Notes: a model not told the origin generated them from the sequence alone. A stretch of 64,000 nt of DNA from Rhodanobacter sp. (GCA_004298045.1 SCRM01000022.1:12267-76266), one strand, 5' to 3'; positions 44,105-54,279 are shown, counted from the stretch's first letter. Numbers and translations: made by a program.

Positions 44105-46996
44105 CTAGGCCGATGCGCTGCGCGCGGAGCCGAGGTAACGCTCGGCTTCGGCCCGCGGCATCGCGGCGCCGAAGTCGTTGCCCTGCAGCACGTCGCAGCC
44201 GAGGCTGGTGAGAAACGCGGCCTGCGCCGGGGTTTCCACCCCTTCGGCCACCGCCAGCATGCGCAACTGGTGCGCGAGCTCGATGATGGTCTGCGCGATC
44301 GCGCCGTCGCCCACGTTGTCCGGCAACTCACGCACGAAGCTCTGGTCGATCTTGAGCTTGTCGATCGGAAACTGTTTCAGGTACGCGAGGCTGGAATAGC
44401 CGGTGCCGAAATCGTCCAGCGCCATCTGCAGGCCCAGCGCCTTGAGCCCGGCCAGCGTGGTGCGGATGCGCGCGATGTTCTGCATCAGCGCACTTTCCGT
44501 CATCTCGATCTCGAACTGCGCCGGGGGTACCGCGTGCCGCGCCAGTGCGCGCGCCACCTGCTCCACCAGACCGGCGTACTGCACCTGCTGGGCCGACACG
44601 TTCACCGCCAGGGTGAGGCCGTGAAAACCGCGATCCAGCCACCTGCGCAACTGGTGCGCAGCCTCGTTCAGCGCCCAGCCGCCGATCTCCGGCATCAGCC
44701 CGAGTGCCTCGGCCACCGGAATGAAGCGCGCCGGCATGACCCGCCCCAGCTCCGCGCTGTTCCAGCGCAGCAAGGCTTCAAAGCCGGTGAGCGAATGATC
44801 GAGTGCGTTGTGCTGCGGCTGGTAGTACAGCTCCAGCTCATGCCGGCGCACGGCGTCGCGCAGATGCCGGCCAAGCACCACGCGCTCGTCCAGCGCGCGG
44901 CCCTGCTCACGGGTGAACTCGGCCACGCGGTCGCGGCCTTCGCGCTTGGCCAGGCTGAGCGCCGCCTCCGCGCCGCGCAACAGCGCACCCGGCGTCTTGC
45001 CATGCTCGGGTGCATGACTGATGCCGACGCTGGCGGTCAGCAGCAGACGGTACTCGTCGCCCTCGATCGGACGCGCCACCGCCTCGCGCAGCCGCTGCGC
45101 CACGCCCAGCGCCGCGCTGCGATCCATGCCGCTGGCGGTGGCGGCAAACTTGTCGCTGGTGACGCGGGCCAGCGGCCACGCCGCATCGAGCGCGCTGCGC
45201 AGGCGCCCGGCCACGCGGCGCAACACGTCATCGCCGATCACGTGGCCAACCGATTCATTGACCACCTGGAAGCGATCCAGCCCCACCACCCACACCCAGA
45301 CCGGCGCCTCGCCACCAGCGAGCAAGTCGCCCACCGCGTCCTCCAGCATGCTGCGCCGTGGCAGTCCGGTGATGGCGTCGTGGGTGGCAGCCTCCAGCAA
45401 CTGGGCCTCGGCCACGCGGCGTGCGGTGACGTCGCGCGCCACCGCGTACAGCAAACCATCCGGCGTGGCGAACGCCGTCCATTCGAGCACGTGCTCGCTG
45501 CCGTCCACCGCAATCAGGCGGTTGGTGAACCCGGCGGCACGCCCGGGCGCGAGGTTGCCCGGAATCGAACATGCCTCGCGACTACCCGGCAGCGGCTTGA
45601 GGAAGTCGGTGTAGTCACGCGCCTTGAGGTCGTCGGCGCTGCGCCCGGTCAGCCGCTGCAGAAAGGGGTTGAACTCCACCATCCGTTGGTGCGCGCGGTC
45701 GAAGATGCAGAACAGCTCCTGCGACATCTCGAAAAACTGGTCGCGCTCGCGCAGCCGCACGAGCAGCCGCTCGCTTTCCAGCGCGATGCCCGCCAGCGGC
45801 AACATGCGGTCGATGCCGGCCAGCTCGCCGGCACTCGGTGCGCGCACTTCGCGGTAGTACACGGCAAAGGTGCCAAGCACTTCGCCACGACTGCCAAACA
45901 CCGGCGTCGACCAGCACGCCCGCAAGCCGTGCGCCAGCGCCAGCTGCTTGTACGCAGCCCACGCCGGATCGTGCTCGATGTCGGCCACGATCACCCGTTC
46001 ACGCCGCCACGCCGCGGTGCCGCAGGAGCCGCGCGCCTCGCCAATCTCCTGGCCATCGATGGCTTCGTTGTAGGCCTGCGGCAAGCTCGGCGCAGCCCCC
46101 TGCAACACGCGCCGGCCGGTTGCATCCATCCGCAGCAGCGAGCACAGCGCGCCGGGGTTCAGCGCCTCGTGCAACTGTGCGATGCGTTCGAGGCTCTCCA
46201 CCAGCGGCCGCTGCGCGGCAATCCCGAGCAGGATCTCGTGCTGGCCGCTGGCCATGCGCTCGTCGCGCTTTTGCACGGTGATGTCCTGACAAGCGCCCAG
46301 CAGGCGCACCACCCGGCCAGTGCCATCGGTTTCCACCAGGCCGCGGCTCGACAGCACCCGCTGCTCGCCATCCGGGCGCACGATGCGCTCCTCGAACACG
46401 AACGGCGCTGCGGTCGCCACGGCGTGCTCGATCGCCTGCCGCACGCGGTCGCGGTCATCCGCATGCACGCGCGCCAGATAACCCTCGAACGTAGGGGCAT
46501 ACGTGCTGCGGTCGAGCGCGTAGATGCGGTAGAGCTCATCCGACCACGCGACCTGGCCGCTCGCCACCTCCCAGCTCCAACTGCCGACCTGCGCCAACTG
46601 TTGCACCTGGTCATATTGCCGCTGCTGCTGCAACAAATGCTGCTCGGTGCGCTTGCGTTCGGTGACATCGCGAAAGTGGATGGTCAGCCCATCGGGCGCG
46701 GGGTAGAGGCAGCTTTCAATCCAGCGATCGAGACTTGGGAACCACGTTTCCAGGTTGCTCGGCCGCTGCGCCGCCAGCGCGTGCTGGTAGCGCTCGCGGC
46801 AGCCCGCCTCCGAAACATCCGGAAACACCTCCCACGGATGGCGCCCCGGCAACTCATCCGCCGCCTTGTGCAGCAACTCGCAGGCCACCGGGCTGGCGTA
46901 GGTGTACCGCCAGTCGAGATCGAGCGCGACAAACGCATCGGTCACGCGCGCAAGCGCGCGTTGCTGCGACGTCGATCCACTCGAAGTGTGCGCCAT
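44105..46996 (-). CDS. PAS-PAS-GAF-PAS-degenerate GGDEF-EAL protein
   Basis: PAS/PAC segments, GAF (GSCGTAA), HDAITGLP, the GGDEF position reads RVTSDKF, EAL domain (FEALLRW, DDFGTGYSSL.YL, LKIDQSF, AEGVET). Confidence 0.9.
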   Translation of the reverse strand: MAHTSSGSTSQQRALARVTDAFVALDLDWRYTYASPVACELLHKAADELPGRHPWEVFPDVSEAGCRERYQHALAAQRPSNLETWFPSLDRWIESCLYPAPDGLTIHFRDVTERKRTEQHLLQQQRQYDQVQQLAQVGSWSWEVASGQVAWSDELYRIYALDRSTYAPTFEGYLARVHADDRDRVRQAIEHAVATAAPFVFEERIVRPDGEQRVLSSRGLVETDGTGRVVRLLGACQDITVQKRDERMASGQHEILLGIAAQRPLVESLERIAQLHEALNPGALCSLLRMDATGRRVLQGAAPSLPQAYNEAIDGQEIGEARGSCGTAAWRRERVIVADIEHDPAWAAYKQLALAHGLRACWSTPVFGSRGEVLGTFAVYYREVRAPSAGELAGIDRMLPLAGIALESERLLVRLRERDQFFEMSQELFCIFDRAHQRMVEFNPFLQRLTGRSADDLKARDYTDFLKPLPGSREACSIPGNLAPGRAAGFTNRLIAVDGSEHVLEWTAFATPDGLLYAVARDVTARRVAEAQLLEAATHDAITGLPRRSMLEDAVGDLLAGGEAPVWVWVVGLDRFQVVNESVGHVIGDDVLRRVAGRLRSALDAAWPLARVTSDKFAATASGMDRSAALGVAQRLREAVARPIEGDEYRLLLTASVGISHAPEHGKTPGALLRGAEAALSLAKREGRDRVAEFTREQGRALDERVVLGRHLRDAVRRHELELYYQPQHNALDHSLTGFEALLRWNSAELGRVMPARFIPVAEALGLMPEIGGWALNEAAHQLRRWLDRGFHGLTLAVNVSAQQVQYAGLVEQVARALARHAVPPAQFEIEMTESALMQNIARIRTTLAGLKALGLQMALDDFGTGYSSLAYLKQFPIDKLKIDQSFVRELPDNVGDGAIAQTIIELAHQLRMLAVAEGVETPAQAAFLTSLGCDVLQGNDFGAAMPRAEAERYLGSARSASA

Positions 46997-47188
46997 GGAT
47001 AAGCATGACCCTGCTGCACGCGGGAAAACAGCGTATGCCCGCCGCCCACCCGCCGCAACATGAACGTTTTGTCGAGAAGCGGACCCGTCACGCAGCGGCA
47101 AAACGTCCATGGTCGGGCTTCCGCCCCGCCGGGCTTTGCGGCGGACCGAATCCCACCGGCGCCAGCAACTTGCCGCAGCCTGCTTTTA

Positions 47189-47220
47189 CCAAATCCCGAA
47201 GCCCGATCCCACCCCAACCC
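47189..47220 (-). repeat. G-quadruplex-type repeat
   Basis: Reverse complement contains GGG-TT-GGGG-T-GGG-ATC-GGG-CTTC-GGG, just after the LacI gene stop. Confidence 0.65.
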
Positions 47221-47227
47221 CGGCTGC

Positions 47228-48271
47228 CTACCGTGCGCGCTTGCGTGCCCCGCGCACACTCGACGCGCGCACCTTGAGCTCGGCCGGCAGCATCGCGCTC
47301 TCGGCGTGCTCGCCGCGGATTTCACGCAGCAATTGCTCGACCAGCACCTCGCCGGCGCGGCCGGTATCCTGGCGCACGGTGGTCAATGCCGGGTTGACGA
47401 AGCTCGCCATCGAAATGTCGTCGAAGCCGGCCAGCGCCACGTCCCGCGGCACCGCGCGGCCATGCTCCGCCAGTGCGCGCAAGGCGCCGATCGCGATCAG
47501 GTCGCTGGCGGCAAACACCGCGTCGAACGCCACGCCGCGCTCGATCAGGAGTTCCGCCGCCTCGTACCCGGCCCGCTCGGTGGTTTCCGCATCCGCCTGC
47601 AACGCCGGATCGGCCGCCAGCCCGGCATCCGCCAGCGCCGCCGCATAGCCGCGATAGCGCTCGTGGAACTCGGGGTAGTGCGGTGTGGCATCGCCCAGGA
47701 AGGCAATGCGCCGGCTGTGCTGGGCAATCAGGTGCGCGGTGGCCAGCCGCCCGCCGGCAAAGTTGTCGCAGCCGATCGACACCCCGGGCTGGCCCGGCAG
47801 CACCGCACCCCAGCGCACGAAACGGGTGCCCTGCGCGACAAGCTTTTCGAGCTTGTCGCGATGCGATTGATAGTCGCCGTAGCCGAGCAGGATCAGCCCA
47901 TCGGCCTTTTGCGAGCCGGCAAAATCCGCATGCCAGTCGCGCGAAAACTGCTGGAACGAGATCAGCAGGTCATACCCCTGCTGCGCGCTGGCGCGCGTGA
48001 TCGAGCCCAGCATCGACAGGAAGAACGGATTGATGTGCGAATCGTCGGCGGTCGGATCCTCGAACAACAGCAGCGCCAGCGTGCCGGTGTGCTGGCGTCG
48101 CAGATTGGAGGCGTTCTTGTCGACCTTGTAATTGAGCTCCTCGGCCGCCGCGCGAATGCGCCGCCGGGTCTCCTCGCTCACCAACGGGCTGCCGCGCAAG
48201 GCACGCGACACCGTGGACTGCGACACCCCGGCGAGGTGGGCGATATCGAACGAGGTGGCCTTGCCCTTCAT
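47228..48271 (-). CDS. LacI-family transcriptional regulator (MalI/MalR-like)
   Basis: TSFDIAHLAGVSQSTVSRAL HTH; sugar-binding domain with FAASDLIAIG, GFDD, LTTV.Q. Confidence 0.93.
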   Translation of the reverse strand: MKGKATSFDIAHLAGVSQSTVSRALRGSPLVSEETRRRIRAAAEELNYKVDKNASNLRRQHTGTLALLLFEDPTADDSHINPFFLSMLGSITRASAQQGYDLLISFQQFSRDWHADFAGSQKADGLILLGYGDYQSHRDKLEKLVAQGTRFVRWGAVLPGQPGVSIGCDNFAGGRLATAHLIAQHSRRIAFLGDATPHYPEFHERYRGYAAALADAGLAADPALQADAETTERAGYEAAELLIERGVAFDAVFAASDLIAIGALRALAEHGRAVPRDVALAGFDDISMASFVNPALTTVRQDTGRAGEVLVEQLLREIRGEHAESAMLPAELKVRASSVRGARKRAR

Positions 48272-48464
48272 CGCGGCTCCGCTGCTGGGTGCGCGCGGCA
48301 CGCGCCCGTGCGCGCATCGTATCAGGCGCGCACGGAGGCGCTTGGCGCGCGGGGAAAGTGGGGCGTCGGTCAACCGCACCGCTCGTGCTTGCCTGCTTCC
48401 CCTCCTCAAGCGCCGACAGCAACCAACGCCCGGTAAGCACCTGGTCGCACGGACGCCATCACGA

Positions 48465-48491
48465 CAAACGGCCGGGAGTGCCGGCCGTTTG
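48465..48491. terminator. Hairpin terminator after the outer-membrane barrel gene
   Basis: caaacggccgg / ccggccgtttg. Confidence 0.6.
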
Positions 48492-48529
48492 CTGCGTCAC
48501 CGACGCCACGCGTGGCGTCATGGATCGGC

Positions 48530-49369
48530 TCAGAACGTGTACTTCAGCGACGCACCCGCACCGTAGTCCGGGCTGCCGTCGGCAAAGCCACCCATCACGT
48601 AGGCCTGCATCCGCCAGCTGTTGCCGAGCTTGTGGTTCCAGTAGCCGGTCAGTTCGCTCTGCGCCGCGCCGCCGGTGGCGATCCGCTCGCGGTAGTAGTA
48701 GTAGACGCCGATGCCATCGGCCGGGCCGAGCTTGTACTGGGCGCCGACATTGGCATTGAAGCCGTTCTTGAGCTGGATGTACTGCGAGCTGCCGTACTTC
48801 ATCCAGCCCACCCCGCCGAACGCGGTCCAGTTGCCGACCACCTTGTAGGTGTCCAGCGCCACGCCGTAATCGTTCTTGCCGGTGCCGAGGCCCTTGTTCT
48901 CGTTGGCGGTGCCGAACTTGACCTTGCCGGTGAGGTCCACGCCAAAGGTCTGGTCGGCGCTGGTGAACACCTGGTAGCCGATCGACGCCACCACATCGCC
49001 CAGGCCCGAGGCCGAGCCGCTGGTGACGGTGGACGTGCCGGGCCCGCCGACCGGGCCACCGGTGCCATTGCCGCGACCACGCGACTTCGGGTTGTTGTTG
49101 TGCACCTGGCCCACGCCGGGGATCACGTCGCCTGGACCGCTGATGTTGATATACGGCACCACCAGCTTGAAGGTCCAATCGCCGGTGGTGTACTCGCCGG
49201 TGATCGGCACCGACCAGATGTCGGTGGTGGTGTTCGTGCCGTACTTGCCGCTGCTGTAGTTGGCACCGGCGGAAACACTGAACTGGTCCGGAGCGTCAGC
49301 CGCGTACGCCACCGGCACACCGACCAGCAGCAGGCCACCGGCCAGCATCCAATAAGGTTTGTTGCTCAT
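48530..49369 (-). CDS. Putative outer-membrane beta-barrel protein
   Basis: Signal peptide; alternating beta-strand pattern; Gly-rich loop; C-terminal YGAGASLKYTF with terminal Phe. Confidence 0.8.
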   Translation of the reverse strand: MSNKPYWMLAGGLLLVGVPVAYAADAPDQFSVSAGANYSSGKYGTNTTTDIWSVPITGEYTTGDWTFKLVVPYINISGPGDVIPGVGQVHNNNPKSRGRGNGTGGPVGGPGTSTVTSGSASGLGDVVASIGYQVFTSADQTFGVDLTGKVKFGTANENKGLGTGKNDYGVALDTYKVVGNWTAFGGVGWMKYGSSQYIQLKNGFNANVGAQYKLGPADGIGVYYYYRERIATGGAAQSELTGYWNHKLGNSWRMQAYVMGGFADGSPDYGAGASLKYTF

Positions 49370-49494
49370 GCGTGGAAAGTCCTGATGGGTAGATACGACA
49401 CTGCGCGGCCGGGCCTACCGTCGGCCGCGCAGCAGAGTGCATCACCGGGCGCAACCGCCGGGTTCGCCCGGCGGTTGCGCCCGGGGGTCCCGGA

Positions 49495-50274
49495 TCAGCC
49501 GCCCGGACGACCGGCGTGCGAAGGATGATCCGGAATCTGCGGACGCTCCGGCAGGTTGGGCCTGCCGGCGAAATCCGGCTTGCCGGCAAAGTCGGGCTTG
49601 CCCGCCATGTCGGGACGGCCGCCGTGGTCGCCCGCATCCGGATGGCTGTCCATGTGGCTCTTGCCGAAATCCACCTGCGCGACGGAGGTGTTTGCGCGCG
49701 CACCCTCGGCGCCGTGGCCGGCGGCATTCGGCGAGCGCATCACGTCGCCCAGCTTGAAGCCCATGCTATTGGCGATCTGGCCCCAACCCTCGCCGGACGC
49801 GCGCGCTGCAAGCACGCCCTGCAGGTCGATGCTGGTGCCGTCGGCCAGCACCAGCGTGCCGCCGTTGAGCGCCGCCTCGAGCTCGGCCGCGGTGGGATCG
49901 GTGATGCCCGCCTTGGTCAGGCTGGCCTCGGCCAGCGACAGCGCGATCTTTACGTTGCCGTAACCCATCTTGCCGGTGGCCGGCGTGAAGGTGCTGGTGG
50001 TCGTGGTGCTCGGCGCTCCGTTGGTGCCGGCGACGGTTTCGGTCAGCGTGATCGCGCTGCCATCACGCAGGCCGTTCACCAGCGCCTGCGCGTTGGTGTC
50101 GGAACCGGCGAAGGTCGTGAACTCGGTAGTGAGCTGGGTCGACTCGCGGGTCGTGGATGTGGTCGTCGTCGTCGTGGTGGCGGTGCCGGTCGTCTGTGCC
50201 AGCGCCGGCGTGGCGGCGAACGCAGCCAGTACGCCAGCAGCCAGCAGGGTGGTGGTGAAGCGACGCGTGTTCAT
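49495..50274 (-). CDS. Uncharacterised secreted protein with Thr-rich stretches and C-terminal (AG)KPD(F/M) repeats
   Basis: Signal peptide (…PALA); LVNGLRDGS.ITL, GWGQIANSMGFKLG; tail GRPDMAGKPDFAGKPDFAGRP. Confidence 0.82.
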   Translation of the reverse strand: MNTRRFTTTLLAAGVLAAFAATPALAQTTGTATTTTTTTSTTRESTQLTTEFTTFAGSDTNAQALVNGLRDGSAITLTETVAGTNGAPSTTTTSTFTPATGKMGYGNVKIALSLAEASLTKAGITDPTAAELEAALNGGTLVLADGTSIDLQGVLAARASGEGWGQIANSMGFKLGDVMRSPNAAGHGAEGARANTSVAQVDFGKSHMDSHPDAGDHGGRPDMAGKPDFAGKPDFAGRPNLPERPQIPDHPSHAGRPGG

Positions 50275-50588
50275 GCTAAGCCCTCCCGAAACGTGGAATG
50301 GCCGGACTGGCCAGTGCGATCCGCCGGCGTCCTGCCACGGGTATGGATGCCGCCGCCGATCGACAACCCTTGCGAGCTGACCGACGCAGCGACGTGACAC
50401 CCCAAGTTTGCGCGAATGGGTCGCGCGCACAAGCCACCCGGGATTCCGGATTCAGCGGGCATTCCGCAGGAAATGTGCGCTGCGTCAGGTTGCAAGAAGT
50501 TGCGGAACCCCGTGCCGCCGCGCCACTCAATCGGTCGCGCGCGCGCCGGAGACAGGGCGAGAACACGTACTTTCTCGCCGGCCACTCC

Positions 50589-51152
50589 TCAGCGGTCGCG
50601 CGCGTGCCGGAAACAGGTAACGAGATGGTCGTCGACCATGCCGGTGGCCTGCATCAGCGCATAGCAGATAGTGCTGCCGACGAAGCGGAAGCCGCGTTTG
50701 CGCAACGCCTTGCTCATGGCGTCGGAGACCGGCGTGGTGGCCGGCACTTCCGCCGACGTGCGCCAGCGGTTCACGCGAGGCGCACCGCCCACCAGTGACC
50801 ACAGGTATGCATCGAGGCTGCCGAACTCGGCGCTGGCGACCAGCGCGGCGCGCGCGTTGTCGCGCATCGCGTTCACCTTGAGCCGGTTGCGGATGATGCC
50901 CGGATCGAGCAGCAACCGCTCCAGGTCGCGATCGGTCAGCGCCGCCACGCGGGCGATGTCGAAACCGTGAAACACCGCGCGGTAGTGCTCGCGCTTGGCC
51001 AGCACGGTGCGCCACGCCAGCCCGGCCTGCGCGCCTTCGAGGCACAGGAACTCGAACAGCAGGCGGTCATCGTGCAGCGGTACGCCCCACTCGCGGTCGT
51101 GGTAGGCGCACATCAACGCGTCGTCGGCCCGGGCCCATTCGCAGCGGTGCAT
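50589..51152 (-). CDS. tag: DNA-3-methyladenine glycosylase I
   Basis: RC.W.....LM.AYHD.EWG.P, LFE.L.LEGAQAGL.W, IIRNRLK, FVG.TICYA.MQATG.V.DH...C. Confidence 0.95.
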   Translation of the reverse strand: MHRCEWARADDALMCAYHDREWGVPLHDDRLLFEFLCLEGAQAGLAWRTVLAKREHYRAVFHGFDIARVAALTDRDLERLLLDPGIIRNRLKVNAMRDNARAALVASAEFGSLDAYLWSLVGGAPRVNRWRTSAEVPATTPVSDAMSKALRKRGFRFVGSTICYALMQATGMVDDHLVTCFRHARDR

Positions 51153-51264
51153 GCAATCGCTCCGGCAAAGCCGCAGTGAACCGCCCCGCCCCGGATCGCG
51201 CAAGCCGCCGGCGTGCCGGTCGGCGCCACGGCTACAATCGCGGCCTCCCTTCGCGCCGCTTTCG

Positions 51265-52146
51265 ATGACCCCCTCCTCGCCGCAACGCGGCGCCGTGCTG
51301 GCGCTGCTCGCCACCATCCTGCTGTGGGCCTACAGCTGGGTGGTGATGAAACAGGTGCTGACGTACATCGGCCCGTTCAATTTTTCCGCACTGCGCTATT
51401 TCCTCGGCGCGCTGGTGCTGTTTGTGGCGCTGCTTGCCGCGCGCCAGTCGCTGCGTCCGCCGCCGCTGGTCGCGACGATCCTGATCGGTTTGTTCCAGAC
51501 CGCGGCGTTCCAGGGTTTCGAGCAGCTCGCGCTGGTCCACGGCGGGGCCGGGCACGTGGCGCTCTTGGCATACACCATGCCGTTCTGGGCGGTGCTCATG
51601 GCTTGGGTGGTGCTGCATGACCGGCCGACGCGTGCACACTGGGTGGGCGTGGGCTTTGCCGCCGCCGGGCTGGTTTTCATCATCGAACCGTGGCATGGCC
51701 TCGGCAACCCGACCAGCACGGTACTGGCGATCGTCGGCGGCGCGATGTGGGCGGCCGGCACCGTGCTCAGCAAGAAACTGTTTCGCCAGCGCAACGTATC
51801 GGCACTCAGCCTGACCGCGTGGCAAATGCTGGTGGGCGGGATTGCGCTGGGGGTGCTGGCGCTGGCGGTACCGCAGCGGCCCACGCAGTGGACCGGCGCG
51901 CTGATTGCCGGGCTGGCCTATTGCGTGCTGTTTGCCTCCAGCCTCGCGTGGTGGCTGTGGTCGATCGTGCTGGCACGCCTGCCGACCACGCTCGCCAGCG
52001 TGGGCAGCCTCGGAGTGCCGATCGTCAGCGTGCTCTTGGCGTGGTGGATTCTTGCCGAGCGGCCGTCACCGTCGGAATGGCTGGGCATTGCACTGGTGCT
52101 GGTCGGCCTGTGCGCGGTGAGCGGCGTGCGCCTGCGGCGGCATTGA
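51265..52146 (+). CDS. EamA/DMT family transporter
   Basis: About 10 TM segments; LWAYSWVVMK, F.ALR, YTMPFW. Confidence 0.88.
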   Translation: MTPSSPQRGAVLALLATILLWAYSWVVMKQVLTYIGPFNFSALRYFLGALVLFVALLAARQSLRPPPLVATILIGLFQTAAFQGFEQLALVHGGAGHVALLAYTMPFWAVLMAWVVLHDRPTRAHWVGVGFAAAGLVFIIEPWHGLGNPTSTVLAIVGGAMWAAGTVLSKKLFRQRNVSALSLTAWQMLVGGIALGVLALAVPQRPTQWTGALIAGLAYCVLFASSLAWWLWSIVLARLPTTLASVGSLGVPIVSVLLAWWILAERPSPSEWLGIALVLVGLCAVSGVRLRRH

Positions 52147-52212
52147 CGCATTCAGCGTCGCGCGGCGGCAACGGCGTTACCATCCGCGACAGGTTTTCAT
52201 GGTTGGTCGGTC

Positions 52213-53325
52213 ATGTTCTCGCTGCCGCATGTATGGTCTTCGCTGGTGGATGCCGTCAGCACGCACGCGGTCGCACCGGCGCTGGATGTCCTGCATCTGG
52301 GCAAGCTCTCCGGTGACCCGCGTGACATTGCCGCGGCGCTGCTGATCGCGGCGCTGCAAATCGCGATCATTACCTGCCTGTTCCGTCCGCTGGAAACCTT
52401 TTTCCCGGCCGAAAAGTGGACCGACCGCAAGCTGACGTTGCCGGATCGCAATTACACGCTGGCGATGCTGCTGGGCATCTTCCCGTTGTTCACGTACCTG
52501 ATCCTGATGCCGTTCAGCAACCTTTTCGGCGGCGGCGACGCGAGCACCGCCAGCACCGGCTCGTCGCTGGCGCTGACCACCTGGATGCCGTGGTTCGACG
52601 CACACCCGTACGTGCTGTTCGGCACGTACTACGTGATCTACGACTTCGTGTACTACTGGATGCACCGCACCCAGCACGCCATCCCGTGGTGGTGGGCGCT
52701 GCACAGCATGCATCACAGCACGCACCAGATGAGCTGCTGGACCAACGATCGCGGCAGCCTGGTCGACGGCTTCATCCAGTCGATGATTCTCGCCGTGGTC
52801 GGCCTCGTGATCGGCGTCGACCCGGACGAGTTCGCCTGGCTGATGCTGATCGGCGAGCTGGTGCAGAACCTCTCGCACACCAACACCCGGCTCGGCTTCG
52901 GGCGCGTCTTCAACCACTGTTTCGTCGATCCGAAATTCCATCGCCTGCACCACATGCTGATCGACCCGGACCGGCCGCAATTGCACAACTGCAATTTCGG
53001 CCAGGTGTTCTCGATCTGGGACGTGATCTTCGGCACCGCGCTGTATGGCGAGCCGCCGCGCCCGACCGGCGTCGGCGACCCGGTGGTGGATGCCGACAAC
53101 CGCTGCGGCGTGATCGGCCTGCAGTGGGTGTCGTTCAAGCGCTTCTGGGCCTCGGTGTGGTGCCTGGCCGGCTGGAAGCCCGGCGAAGTGGCGTTCGACC
53201 CGGTCGACCTGCACCCGGTGCCGGTCAGCGAGCTGGATGTGCACGCGCTGGCGGCGCACCAACCCGGCGCCACCACCGGGCACCCGGCGCCCACCGCCGC
53301 TACCGACAAGCCGGTGACCGCGTAG
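52213..53325 (+). CDS. Sterol desaturase / fatty acid hydroxylase family protein
   Basis: His boxes YYWMHRTQH, WALHSMHHS, LSHTN, FHRLHH. Confidence 0.88.
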   Translation: MFSLPHVWSSLVDAVSTHAVAPALDVLHLGKLSGDPRDIAAALLIAALQIAIITCLFRPLETFFPAEKWTDRKLTLPDRNYTLAMLLGIFPLFTYLILMPFSNLFGGGDASTASTGSSLALTTWMPWFDAHPYVLFGTYYVIYDFVYYWMHRTQHAIPWWWALHSMHHSTHQMSCWTNDRGSLVDGFIQSMILAVVGLVIGVDPDEFAWLMLIGELVQNLSHTNTRLGFGRVFNHCFVDPKFHRLHHMLIDPDRPQLHNCNFGQVFSIWDVIFGTALYGEPPRPTGVGDPVVDADNRCGVIGLQWVSFKRFWASVWCLAGWKPGEVAFDPVDLHPVPVSELDVHALAAHQPGATTGHPAPTAATDKPVTA

Positions 53326-53331
53326 GCGTGC

Positions 53332-54279
53332 TCACCACGGCAACGCGTCGAGATCGACGTTGCCGCCAGTCACCACCAGACCAACTTCGCGCCCGGCAAA
53401 ACGCCCGGGGGCCTTGAGCACCGCGGCCAGCACCGTGGCGCTCGACACCTCGACCACCTGTTTCAGCTCGCTCCACACCAGACGCATCGCCGCCACTGCC
53501 TCGGCGTCGGTGACGGTGACGATGGAAACCTGGTGCGCGCGCAGCGCCGCAAGGTTCGGCTCGCCCACCAGCGCGCGCAGGCCATCGCACACGGTGTCCG
53601 GTACCACGCTGGTCACGCGGGTATTGGCGGCCAGCGAGCGCGCGGCATCGTCGGCACCGGCGGGCTCCGCGGCAACCAGGCCCAGCTCGGGATTCAAAGC
53701 GTGCGCGGCGATGGCGATGCCGCTCATCAGCCCGCCGCCGCCCACCGGGGCGACGATCACCTCGAGCGATGGCACCTGCCGCAGCAGTTCCAGCGCGATC
53801 GTGCCCTGCCCGGCCATCACCCGCGCATCGGCATACGGGTGCACCAGCGTGGCACCGGTCTGCGCCTGCACCGCGGCGCACATCGCCTCGCGCGCGGCCT
53901 GGGTCGGCGCGCAGCGGTGCAGCGTGGCGCCAGCGCGCGCAATCGCGTCGACCTTGGCCTTGACCGCACCTTCCGGCACCACGACGTGCGCCTGGATGCC
54001 GCGCGTGGCGGCCGCCAAGGCCAGCGCGTTGCCGTGGTTGCCGGAGGAGTGCGTCACTACCCCGTGCGCGGCTTCCTCGTCGCTGAGCGACCACACCGCA
54101 TTGCACGCGCCACGAAACTTGAACGCGCCGCCGCGCTGCAGCTGCTCGCACTTGAAATGCAGGTGCGCACCGGCCAGGGCATCCAGCGCCGCGCTGCGCA
54201 GCACCGGCGTCACCACCGCGTGCGGCGCGATGCGCGCGGCGGCGGCGCGGATATCCGTCAACTCAGGCAGCGCGTTCAT
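53332..54279 (-). CDS. PLP-dependent serine/threonine dehydratase (racemase-like)
   Basis: FKCEQLQRGGAFKFRGA, HSSGNHG, GQGT, VGGGGL, GGNVD. Confidence 0.92.
   Translation of the reverse strand: MNALPELTDIRAAAARIAPHAVVTPVLRSAALDALAGAHLHFKCEQLQRGGAFKFRGACNAVWSLSDEEAAHGVVTHSSGNHGNALALAAATRGIQAHVVVPEGAVKAKVDAIARAGATLHRCAPTQAAREAMCAAVQAQTGATLVHPYADARVMAGQGTIALELLRQVPSLEVIVAPVGGGGLMSGIAIAAHALNPELGLVAAEPAGADDAARSLAANTRVTSVVPDTVCDGLRALVGEPNLAALRAHQVSIVTVTDAEAVAAMRLVWSELKQVVEVSSATVLAAVLKAPGRFAGREVGLVVTGGNVDLDALPW

Noticed and set aside
47000-47190. Possible c-di-GMP riboswitch upstream of the EAL gene (GCAAAGCC segment)
   Set aside because: The GGCAAACC/GAAA tetraloop elements and P1 pairing could not be found.
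49530-49620. Short tandem repeats (cttgccggc..aa.tc.gg) resembling an array
   Set aside because: They are coding repeats (AGKPDF) in the secreted protein, with no unique spacers and no cas genes. This is not CRISPR.
50130-50185. gtc/gtg trinucleotide runs
   Set aside because: They encode poly-Thr in the secreted protein and are not a contingency locus.
48530-50274. Treating the barrel and secreted-protein pair as part of the maltose locus
   Set aside because: They are separated from lacI by a terminator, and no TGCATACGTA operator was seen upstream.
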